From NCBI RefSeq assembly GCF_988243305.1, contig NZ_OZ547136.1: a stretch of DNA of 64,000 bases. The stretch is one strand, 5' to 3'. A program made the position numbers and the translations under genes. Below the pieces are notes generated by a model that had not been told where the DNA came from, searched no databases, and was given only the letters and a program-made list of their open reading frames with translations. How positions within the stretch are numbered: the stretch's first letter is position 1; each line of letters begins with the position of its first letter. Shown piece by piece: positions 9,114-18,867 of this stretch.

Positions 9114-11524
9114 TTGCACGTTGGTTCTGGCGCGAATGGCGTTCGCCGTCGCTATTAATTGTCTGGCTGGCGCTAAGCCTGGCGGTGGCCTGCGTGCTGG
9201 CGCTGGGCAATATCAGCGATCGCATGGAGAAGGGCTTAAGCCAACAAAGCCGGGAGTTTATGGCGGGCGATCGGGCGTTGCGCAGTTCGCGCGAAGTGCC
9301 GCAAGCGTGGCTGGAGGAAGCGCAAAAGCGCGGCCTGAAAGTCGGCAAGCAGCTGACTTTCGCCACCATGACATTTGCAGGCGACACACCGCAGCTGGCG
9401 AACGTCAAAGCGGTGGATGATATCTACCCGATGTATGGCGATCTGCAAACTAATCCCCCTGGCCTGAAACCGCAGGCGGGCAGCGTATTGCTGGCCCCAC
9501 GCCTGATGGCACTGCTTAACCTGAAAACAGGCGACACCATCGACGTGGGCGATGCCACCTTGCGGATTGCCGGAGAAGTGATTCAGGAACCGGATTCCGG
9601 TTTTAACCCCTTCCAGATGGCTCCGCGTCTGATGATGAATCTGGCGGATGTCGATAAAACCGGAGCCGTGCAGCCGGGGAGTCGGGTCACCTGGCGCTAT
9701 AAATTCGGCGGCAACGAGAACCAGCTCGACAGCTATGAGAAATGGTTGTTACCTCAGCTTAAACCCGAACAACGCTGGTACGGTCTGGAACAGGACGAAG
9801 GCGCGCTGGGGCGCTCGATGGAACGCTCGCAACAGTTCCTGCTGCTTTCGGCGCTTCTGACCTTGCTGCTGGCAGTGGCAGCGGTGGCGGTGGCGATGAA
9901 TCATTACTGTCGCAGTCGCTACGATCTGGTGGCGATCCTCAAAACGCTGGGGGCAGGGCGAGCGCAACTGCGTAAGCTAATCGTCGGTCAGTGGTTGATG
10001 GTGCTGGCGCTTTCAGCCGTTACCGGCGGGGCGATAGGCCTGTTGTTCGAAAACGTGTTGATGGTGCTGCTCAAGCCCGTTCTGCCTGCTGCACTACCGC
10101 CAGCCAGCCTCTGGCCGTGGCTGTGGGCGCTGGGCACCATGACAGTCATCTCGCTGCTGGTGGGGCTACGACCGTACCGCTTGTTGCTGGCAACGCAGCC
10201 TTTACGCGTATTGCGTAATGATGTGGTCGCGAACGTCTGGCCGCTGAAGTTTTATCTGCCGATTGTCAGTGTGGTGGTTGTGCTGCTGCTCGCCGGATTA
10301 ATGGGTGGCAGTATGCTGCTCTGGGCGGTGCTGGCGGGCGCGGTAGTGCTGGCTTTGCTGTGCGGTGTGCTGGGCTGGATGCTGCTGAATGTACTTCGCC
10401 GCATGACGCTGAAATCGCTACCTCTGCGCCTGGCGGTTAGCCGCCTGTTACGTCAGCCGTGGTCAACGTTAAGCCAGCTTTCGGCATTTTCGCTCTCCTT
10501 TATGCTGCTGGCGCTATTGCTGGTATTGCGTGGCGATCTGCTCGACCGCTGGCAACAGCAGCTACCGCCAGAAAGCCCGAACTACTTTTTAATCAACATC
10601 GCCACAGAACAGGTTACGCCGCTAAAAACGTTCCTCGCGGAACATCAGATAGTCCCGGAATCATTTTATCCGGTGGTGCGGGCGCGACTGACGGCGATTA
10701 ACGACAAGCCGACAGAAGGCAATGAAGATGAGGCGCTTAACCGCGAACTCAATCTTACCTGGCAAAATACGCGGCCCGATCATAATCCGATTGTCGCCGG
10801 TAACTGGCCGCCAAAAGCCGATGAAGTGTCGATGGAAGAGGGGCTGGCGAAACGCTTAAACGTTGCCCTCGGCGATACCGTGACTTTTATGGGCGATACC
10901 CAGGAGTTCCGCGCTAAAGTGACCAGCCTGCGCAAAGTGGACTGGGAAAGTCTGCGGCCTAATTTCTATTTTATTTTCCCGGAAGGGGCATTAGACGGGC
11001 AACCGCAGAGCAGGCTTACCAGTTTCCGCTGGGAGAATGGCAACGGCATGTTGACGCAACTCAACCGCCAGTTCCCGACCATTAGCCTGTTAGACATTGG
11101 CGCGATTTTAAAACAGGTCGGCCAGGTGCTGGAGCAGGTAAGTCGGGCGCTGGAGGTGATGGTGGTGCTGGTCACCGCCTGCGGTATGTTGCTGTTGCTG
11201 GCACAGGTGCAGGTGGGAATGCGTCAGCGCCATCAGGAGCTGGTGGTGTGGCGCACACTCGGTGCGGGGAAAAAACTGCTGCGCACCACGTTGTGGTGTG
11301 AGTTCGCCATGCTCGGGTTTGTTTCTGGCCTGGTGGCCGCAATTGGTGCGGAAACGGCGCTGGCAGTGTTGCAGGCGAAAGTGTTTGATTTCCCGTGGGA
11401 GCCAGACTGGCGATTGTGGATTGTGCTGCCGTGCAGCGGTGCACTGCTGCTGTCGCTTTTCGGCGGCTGGCTGGGCGCGCGGCTGGTTAAGGGTAAGGCG
11501 CTGTTCAGGCAGTTTGCGGGGTGA
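9110..11524 (+). CDS. ybbP: FtsX-like ABC transporter permease YbbP
   Basis: 804-aa polytopic membrane ORF, stop-start overlap with ybbA. Confidence 0.9.
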   Translation: MIARWFWREWRSPSLLIVWLALSLAVACVLALGNISDRMEKGLSQQSREFMAGDRALRSSREVPQAWLEEAQKRGLKVGKQLTFATMTFAGDTPQLANVKAVDDIYPMYGDLQTNPPGLKPQAGSVLLAPRLMALLNLKTGDTIDVGDATLRIAGEVIQEPDSGFNPFQMAPRLMMNLADVDKTGAVQPGSRVTWRYKFGGNENQLDSYEKWLLPQLKPEQRWYGLEQDEGALGRSMERSQQFLLLSALLTLLLAVAAVAVAMNHYCRSRYDLVAILKTLGAGRAQLRKLIVGQWLMVLALSAVTGGAIGLLFENVLMVLLKPVLPAALPPASLWPWLWALGTMTVISLLVGLRPYRLLLATQPLRVLRNDVVANVWPLKFYLPIVSVVVVLLLAGLMGGSMLLWAVLAGAVVLALLCGVLGWMLLNVLRRMTLKSLPLRLAVSRLLRQPWSTLSQLSAFSLSFMLLALLLVLRGDLLDRWQQQLPPESPNYFLINIATEQVTPLKTFLAEHQIVPESFYPVVRARLTAINDKPTEGNEDEALNRELNLTWQNTRPDHNPIVAGNWPPKADEVSMEEGLAKRLNVALGDTVTFMGDTQEFRAKVTSLRKVDWESLRPNFYFIFPEGALDGQPQSRLTSFRWENGNGMLTQLNRQFPTISLLDIGAILKQVGQVLEQVSRALEVMVVLVTACGMLLLLAQVQVGMRQRHQELVVWRTLGAGKKLLRTTLWCEFAMLGFVSGLVAAIGAETALAVLQAKVFDFPWEPDWRLWIVLPCSGALLLSLFGGWLGARLVKGKALFRQFAG

Positions 11525-11531
11525 TGTGATA

Positions 11532-11566
11532 AAGCCGTTTATTTCTACCTGGTAGATAAACGGCTT
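11532..11566 (+). terminator. hairpin downstream of ybbP (AAGCCGTTTAT...ATAAACGGCTT), left edge of the AT-rich island
   Basis: Inverted repeat read directly; weak T tract. Confidence 0.4.
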
Positions 11567-11692
11567 CATTATTAGTGCATCACGTAATTAAAAAATTGTT
11601 ATGCCCAAACATATAATTAATATACATTGCCAAATGAGTTGTTTATTAAGTTTATATTATATAATTAAAATCTATGGAATGGGTATAATCAT

Positions 11693-13696
11693 ATGGGTGA
11701 CATTATATATTTACGCATTACAGGGGAGCAACAAGGGGATATTTCTGCAGGATGCGGGACGCAAGCCTCTGTCGGGAATCGGTATCAACAGGGACATGAG
11801 GATGAAATATTTGTTTTTAGTTTTCATGGAGGAGTAAGTAACACAGGATTTGGCATTAATCATCAAACGATACAATTTTGTAAAATTCTCGATAAAAGCT
11901 CACCGCTGCTGATGAATTGCATTAATAATAACGAACGATGCCGTTTTGAGTTTTATTTTTATCGTATTAATAAATATGGAAAATGGGAAAGGTATTATTA
12001 TATTGAAGTCCGTGGTGCCACGTTAACTCAGAATCAGATTATAATAAAAGAAAATGAACTTGACTATCAATATATAACAATACACTACGAATATATCTAC
12101 TGTAAGCATCTTACAGCCAATACAGAATTTAGTTATTTACTCACACCTGAAAATTATAATCGCCTTTTCCCACCGACGCTCTTACCTGTTGAGGAAAAAC
12201 CAGAAATACCGCCTGAACGAGAAATTATCCTCACCATTGGTGTATTCTTTGATGGCACAGGAAACAATTTAACCAATACGAATTTACGTATGAGTTTTTT
12301 CCAACCAGAAACCTATGGTCTGGATGTCCAGGATTTGGCCTCGTTTAATAAACAATGTATGAGCAAGCAGGGTAAAACGGGATCCGGAGTACAGAGCTAT
12401 TTGAATTACTATACGAATATTCATTGGTTGAATGAGTTGTATCATAAAGATTCAGAAATAAATGCGGGGTCAGTAAAAATTCAACGTGAAATTTATATTG
12501 AAGGAATAGGGACTGAAAATAATAAAGCAGACTCTCTGATAGGAATGGGGTTAGGAAATAATGATACAGGGGTAATTGCCAAAACTGACCGTGCGATATC
12601 ACTGCTCCGTGAAAAACTGACGGAGATTGTTATTTCTTTAAAAGAGAATAAATTAGTAATTAAGTGTCTACAGTTTGACGTATTTGGCTTTAGTCGTGGG
12701 GCAGCAGCCGCACGGCACTTTACTAATCGCGTATTTGAGTGTGATCCCGTACTGATTAAAACCATTACGACGGCATTTCAGTCAGTTGAATATTTAGGTA
12801 AACCTTCCGGGGAAGTGCAATTTTTAGGTATTTTTGACACAGTTGCAGCCATCGGAGGGCTGATGGATGGTTTTGACCCTCATGATGGTAATAACTTTCC
12901 GGTAAAAGTGAAGTTACCGCCAGGTGTGGCCAAACATGTATTCCAGCTCACAGCAATGAACGAATGTCGCTATAACTTTTGCCTCAACAGCATAAAGGAA
13001 AGCTGGCCAGAATTAAGTTTCCCTGGATCTCATGCTGATATTGGTGGCGGCTATGACCCACTGGAAGATGAGTACCTGTTTTTAAGTCGCCCGGCGATTG
13101 CAACGGTACTGGGAAATGTGCCGGTGGAAGCGACAAGCGCTTACCAAAAAGCAGCACAGCAGGCAGAGTTATTGTGGCGCTATTCGACGCTGGCTCCGAT
13201 TCTGCCTTCTGGTGTCCTAAAAATTGAATCCAATATTGATGAAATAGCGTCGCCTGACCACTTAGGTAATGTGAGAAAACGGGTCGCTGCAGCGGTGACA
13301 TTTCGCAGAACGATCACCAATGACTGGTCAAAGATTGCGTTAAGAGTAATGTATGAAGTCGCTAAAGAGGCAGGGGTAGTATTTGATGCCATTTCTGTTG
13401 CTGATAAGGAATTAAAAGTTCCCAGTCATTTAAAGGTAATATGTGAAAAAGCAATTTCTCAGGGTAAAGCCGTTCTCTTGTGTACAGCGCCGATACCTTT
13501 TTCTGATGATGAGCTTAAAACCATTGGAAAATATATACACTGCTCTTCCAACTGGAATACCGTCGATTATCGATTAAAAAATAAGGTGTCTGCTGAAGTA
13601 TCAGCGTTTAAGACGTTTAGTTTTGTTAATCGGCCGGATGAAAATTGGACCAGAACTATATACGATATGCAAGGGAATAAACAAAATGGAATTTAA
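11693..13696 (+). CDS. Hcp-domain / DUF2235 (Tle1-like phospholipase) fusion protein, putative T6SS-delivered effector
   Basis: 667-aa ORF. Residues 1-~150 align with Hcp (IYLRITGEQQGDISAGCG...GHEDE...SPLLMNCI); FFDGTGN at residues 185-191; GFSRG (GxSxG) with Ser334; FDTVAAIG and HADIGGGY motifs; AT-rich relative to flanks. Confidence 0.8.
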   Translation: MGDIIYLRITGEQQGDISAGCGTQASVGNRYQQGHEDEIFVFSFHGGVSNTGFGINHQTIQFCKILDKSSPLLMNCINNNERCRFEFYFYRINKYGKWERYYYIEVRGATLTQNQIIIKENELDYQYITIHYEYIYCKHLTANTEFSYLLTPENYNRLFPPTLLPVEEKPEIPPEREIILTIGVFFDGTGNNLTNTNLRMSFFQPETYGLDVQDLASFNKQCMSKQGKTGSGVQSYLNYYTNIHWLNELYHKDSEINAGSVKIQREIYIEGIGTENNKADSLIGMGLGNNDTGVIAKTDRAISLLREKLTEIVISLKENKLVIKCLQFDVFGFSRGAAAARHFTNRVFECDPVLIKTITTAFQSVEYLGKPSGEVQFLGIFDTVAAIGGLMDGFDPHDGNNFPVKVKLPPGVAKHVFQLTAMNECRYNFCLNSIKESWPELSFPGSHADIGGGYDPLEDEYLFLSRPAIATVLGNVPVEATSAYQKAAQQAELLWRYSTLAPILPSGVLKIESNIDEIASPDHLGNVRKRVAAAVTFRRTITNDWSKIALRVMYEVAKEAGVVFDAISVADKELKVPSHLKVICEKAISQGKAVLLCTAPIPFSDDELKTIGKYIHCSSNWNTVDYRLKNKVSAEVSAFKTFSFVNRPDENWTRTIYDMQGNKQNGI

Positions 13697-14345
13697 TATA
13701 AAATTACTGTTTGTTATTACGTCTATGGTTCTTAACTTTAACGCAGCAGCGAAAGAAAAAATATCGTTGCTTGCACCCTATGATGAGTGGTATTTCAATT
13801 TTTTCTACCCTGATTCCCTACCAGCAAAAGTTACCTATGTGGAATTATTAGATACCGATGGCATCTATTATCAGTTCAGAACGCTGGCCAGTACTAATGC
13901 CAGTCCAGGAAGTGTTGGACAATGGAGCGAGAAAGTATCAGGGATGTCGTCAGTTTTTAATAAAGCCAAAAACCCACCAATGTCTATCCATTTTTGCTGG
14001 GATTCAGTGATTGATAAAAAAGTGTATGAAACCTGGATAACGCTGGCGGGAGACGTCTGGAAATTGATGCTCACACCTTATTCACCACCAGGCGATGGCA
14101 GTGAAAAATATTATCTACAGTATCTGTTAATCGGACTGGCTCCGGAAGGAAAAGTACGGGTATGGCTTGATAAACGTGACAAACCCAATATTCGCCTGAC
14201 GGATAAGCAGATTCTGATAGAAACGTTTTCAGGTGAAAAAATGGAAATGTGTAAAGGAATTTCCCGGCATGATTTTTCTCTTGGAGACGATGAATATGTT
14301 CTTGAGTTTATCAAAGATAAAAAATATCCCTATGGTAACTGGTAA
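13686..14345 (+). CDS. putative periplasmic immunity protein, copy 1 (219 aa, signal peptide)
   Basis: Start overlaps effector stop by 11 bp; cleavable signal peptide without lipobox; paralogue of next gene. Confidence 0.6.
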   Translation: MEFNIKLLFVITSMVLNFNAAAKEKISLLAPYDEWYFNFFYPDSLPAKVTYVELLDTDGIYYQFRTLASTNASPGSVGQWSEKVSGMSSVFNKAKNPPMSIHFCWDSVIDKKVYETWITLAGDVWKLMLTPYSPPGDGSEKYYLQYLLIGLAPEGKVRVWLDKRDKPNIRLTDKQILIETFSGEKMEMCKGISRHDFSLGDDEYVLEFIKDKKYPYGNW

Positions 14346-14351
14346 GTAACA

Positions 14352-15020
14352 ATGAAAATAATAGCTAAAATAATTTATAGATTAACCATTGCGTTAATGA
14401 TAGCCGGATCAGTCCAGACAGCAGCGAAAGAAAAAATATCGTTGCTTGCACCCTATGATGAGTGGTATTTCCTTTTTTTCTACCCTAATGCGCTACCGGC
14501 ACGAGTTACCTATGTAGAACTATTGGACACTGATGGTATCTATTATCAGTTCAGAACGCTGGATGCTACCGCTCCGAGTTCCACAACTATTGATCAATGG
14601 AGAGATAATCTTCGGGTTGGGGTGTTATCATTCAATAAAGCTAAAAATCCCCCTATGTCTATCCATTTCTGCTGGGATTCAGTGATTGATAAAAAAGTGT
14701 ATGAAACCTGGATCACGCTGGCGGGAAAAGTCTGGAAATTGATGCTAACACCTTATTCACCACCAGGTGGTGGCAGTGAAAAGTATTATCTGCGGTATCT
14801 GTTAATCGGGCTGGCTCCGGAAGGGAAAATAGGAGTGTGGCTGGAGAAACCTGATAAACCCAATATTCGCCTGACCGATAAGCAGATTCTGATAGAAACG
14901 GTTTCAGGTGAAAAAATGGAAATGTGTAAAGGCCGAAGTGTCTATAAAAATGGGTATTCTTACCCGGAAAGTACAAAAAACTTTATCAAAGATAAAAAAT
15001 ATCCCTATGGCAACTGGTAG
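14352..15020 (+). CDS. putative periplasmic immunity protein, copy 2 (222 aa, signal peptide)
   Basis: Tandem paralogue of 13686-14345 with long identical peptide blocks (KEKISLLAPYDEWYF; KAKNPPMSIHFCWDSVIDKKVYETWITLAG) and divergent middle and C-terminus. Confidence 0.6.
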   Translation: MKIIAKIIYRLTIALMIAGSVQTAAKEKISLLAPYDEWYFLFFYPNALPARVTYVELLDTDGIYYQFRTLDATAPSSTTIDQWRDNLRVGVLSFNKAKNPPMSIHFCWDSVIDKKVYETWITLAGKVWKLMLTPYSPPGGGSEKYYLRYLLIGLAPEGKIGVWLEKPDKPNIRLTDKQILIETVSGEKMEMCKGRSVYKNGYSYPESTKNFIKDKKYPYGNW

Positions 15021-15071
15021 TTAACCAGTTGCACAATTTCTTAAAGAGGCACGGAAAAGCATTTTTGTGGG

Positions 15072-16193
<1,122 letters not shown>

Positions 16194-16246
16194 TCAAATC
16201 AGCTTGCGCGCTATTTTACGCGCCAACGCGCAAGGAAACTTGATTT

Positions 16247-17173
16247 TTAACTGCGTGGGTTGCCGAAAATTTCTAAAAATCCGCTGATTTCCGGCCTGCG
16301 CTGGGTAAACAAGGTCACAATATCTTCTACCGCTTTGCCGCTGCCAAATTTGCGCCATGCCAGACTCAATGGCGAAGGGGGGCGCATCGTTGGGATTACC
16401 CGGCTGACCAGTTGTTGATTATCGATCATTGACTGGCAAAGTGATTTTGGCAAAAAACCAATGCCAACGCCCGCCAGATGGGCGGCGATTTTCGTTTCCA
16501 TATCGGGAACAATAATCTCTTTTTGCCCCGGCAATCGCCAGGCGACGCGTTTGGTTAGTGTGCGGGCGCTGTCTTCAATATTAACCGCCGGAAAGCGCCG
16601 CAACTGCGCTTCTGTTAGCGGCTCTTCAACGTTCGCCAGCGGATGATCCGCCGCCATGACAAAGCGCCATTGCACCGATCCTAAGGGATCAAGACTAAAG
16701 GTATTTGCCAGCGCCTCGGTTCCCGTGACGCCGATAGCCAGTGAAAAACCTTCGTATAATAGCGAATCCCAGACGCCCATATAGATTTGTCGGGAGATGT
16801 GAAACTGGGTAAAGGGGTAACGTTCATTCAGCCACGCCAGCAACTGGGCGACGGCCTGGGGGTTGTAGAGCAGGTTGTTGATGACAATATTCACCTGGCG
16901 TTCCACGCCATCATTCACCTGTTGCAGCTCGCTGGGCATACTTTCCAGCCAGCTCAGCCAGTCTCTGGCCTGGGAAAGTAGATGCTCGCCAGCCGCTGTC
17001 AATGTCACGCTGCGAGTCGTGCGGAAAAACAGCGCTACTCCGGTATTCTCTTCCAGAAGTTTAATGCGATAACTGATTGTCGCCGTGGTTTTACATAATC
17101 GTTCTGCCGCTTTTGAAAAACTTCCTGTTTCAGCAACCGCAATGAAAGTCCGCAAGGTTTCTGGATCGAACAT
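16247..17173 (-). CDS. allS: LysR-family activator of the allantoin regulon AllS
   Basis: LysR HTH N-terminus; divergent from allA. Confidence 0.85.
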
Positions 17174-17280
17174 CTTCAGGTATCCCCTTTTAAATCCGCA
17201 AGTTGCGTGATTTTCTTATCCTCTGATTTATCAGTATTTTTACATGATAACCCTGTTCAATTTGTGGACTAAATCTAGTT

Positions 17281-17297
17281 TTGGAAAAATATTCCAA
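17281..17297. promoter_or_regulatory. AllR-type operator TTGGAA-AAATA-TTCCAA (allS-allA intergenic)
   Basis: Inverted repeat read directly; same architecture as the site upstream of gcl. Confidence 0.55.
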
Positions 17298-17402
17298 CTT
17301 TTGTATTGATGTTGTTCTCTTAAGGTTTTAGATTGCCTGTTATTGAAACCAAGCTGACCGGTCGGCAGTGGTTGAACGGAATTATGTTACAAGGATAAAA
17401 AG

Positions 17403-17885
17403 ATGAAACTTCAGGTATTACCGTTAAGTCAGGAAGCCTTTAGTGCTTATGGCGATGTAATCGAAACGCAGCAACGGGATTTTTTCCATATTAACAATGG
17501 CCTGGTGGAGCGTTACCACGATTTGGCGCTGGTTGAGATTCTTGAGCAAGACCGTACGCTCATCAGCATTAACCGCGCGCAACCGGCGAATCTGCCGCTG
17601 ACCATTCACGAACTCGAACGTCATCCGCTGGGCACTCAGGCCTTTATCCCGATGAAAGGTGAAGTGTTTGTGGTGGTCGTGGCGTTAGGTGACGACAAAC
17701 CAGACCTGTCAACGCTGCGGGCGTTTATCACCAACGGTGAACAGGGGGTGAATTACCATCGTAACGTCTGGCATCACCCACTTTTCGCCTGGCAGCGCGT
17801 CACCGATTTTCTGACCATCGATCGCGGCGGCAGTGACAACTGTGATGTTGAAAGTATTCCTGAACAGGAACTCTGTTTTGCGTGA
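17403..17885 (+). CDS. allA: ureidoglycolate lyase AllA
   Basis: 160-aa ORF, synteny. Confidence 0.85.
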
Positions 17886-17962
17886 CGCCTGCAACCGACT
17901 TGCATAAGATAAACTAATTGTTCATTGTTTATGCTCACTTGTAGGTCGGAGTTAACGTAGGT

Positions 17963-18778
17963 ATGACGGAAGTTAGACGGCGCGGCAGGCCAGGACAGGC
18001 GGAGCCTGTGGCACAGAAGGGCGCACAGGCGTTAGAGCGGGGAATTGCGATTCTGCAATATCTGGAAAAAAGTGGGGGAAGTTCGTCGGTTAGCGATATT
18101 TCTCTCAATCTGGATTTGCCGCTCTCCACGACCTTTCGCTTGCTGAAGGTTTTACAGGCAGCGGATTTTGTCTATCAGGACAGTCAGTTAGGCTGGTGGC
18201 ATATAGGATTAGGTGTCTTTAACGTCGGTGCGGCGTACATCCATAACCGCGATGTCCTCTCCGTCGCCGGGCCGTTTATGCGCCGCCTGATGTTACTTTC
18301 CGGCGAAACGGTCAATGTCGCTATTCGTAACGGCAATGAAGCAGTATTAATTGGTCAGTTAGAGTGTAAATCGATGGTCAGGATGTGTGCGCCGCTGGGC
18401 AGTCGTCTGCCGCTGCATGCTTCCGGTGCGGGCAAGGCGCTGCTTTATCCGCTGGCGGAAGAAGAGTTGATGAGCATCATTCTGCAAACCGGTTTGCAGC
18501 AGTTTACGCCAACGACGCTTGTGGATATGCCCACCTTGCTGAAGGACCTGGAACAAGCGCGTGAACTGGGCTATACCGTAGATAAAGAAGAGCATGTTGT
18601 CGGCCTGAATTGCATAGCTTCAGCAATTTACGATGATGTAGGTAGTGTTGTTGCCGCTATCTCCATCTCCGGGCCTTCATCAAGACTGACAGAAGATCGT
18701 TTTGTCAGTCAGGGTGAGCTGGTCAGAGACACCGCCCGCGATATCAGCACGGCGTTGGGACTGAAAGCACATCCATAG
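17963..18778 (+). CDS. allR: IclR-family repressor AllR
   Basis: IclR HTH N-terminus plus effector domain; synteny. Confidence 0.9.
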
Positions 18779-18790
18779 TGTCTGTCGCAT

Positions 18791-18817
18791 CCCGCTCTGC
18801 GGAGCGGGTTTTTTTGA
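18791..18817 (+). terminator. rho-independent terminator after allR (CCCGCTCTGCGGAGCGGG + T7)
   Basis: GC stem followed by T tract. Confidence 0.7.
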
Positions 18818-18830
18818 CAAAATTTGAAAG

Positions 18831-18847
18831 TTGGAAAATTTTTCCAA
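18831..18847. promoter_or_regulatory. AllR-type operator TTGGAA-AATTT-TTCCAA upstream of gcl
   Basis: Inverted repeat read directly, ~20 bp upstream of the gcl start. Confidence 0.6.
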
Positions 18848-18867
18848 TTTATAGAGGTAGGAATAAA

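Noticed and set aside
11601-11837. 78-aa ORF overlapping the effector start in another frame
   Set aside because: Overlaps the Hcp-domain coding frame, which has clear homology; the alternative frame gives low-complexity AT-rich translation.
12345-13392. Minus-strand ORFs inside the effector gene (12345-12602, 12493-12765, 12984-13301, 13180-13392)
   Set aside because: Antisense ORFs arise readily in AT-rich DNA with few stop-free constraints; the plus frame carries the conserved lipase motifs.
11525-15071. Rhs (YD-repeat) element expected at this position from K-12 synteny
   Set aside because: No YD-repeat motifs or long Rhs core ORF are present; the interval is occupied by the Hcp-lipase cassette instead.
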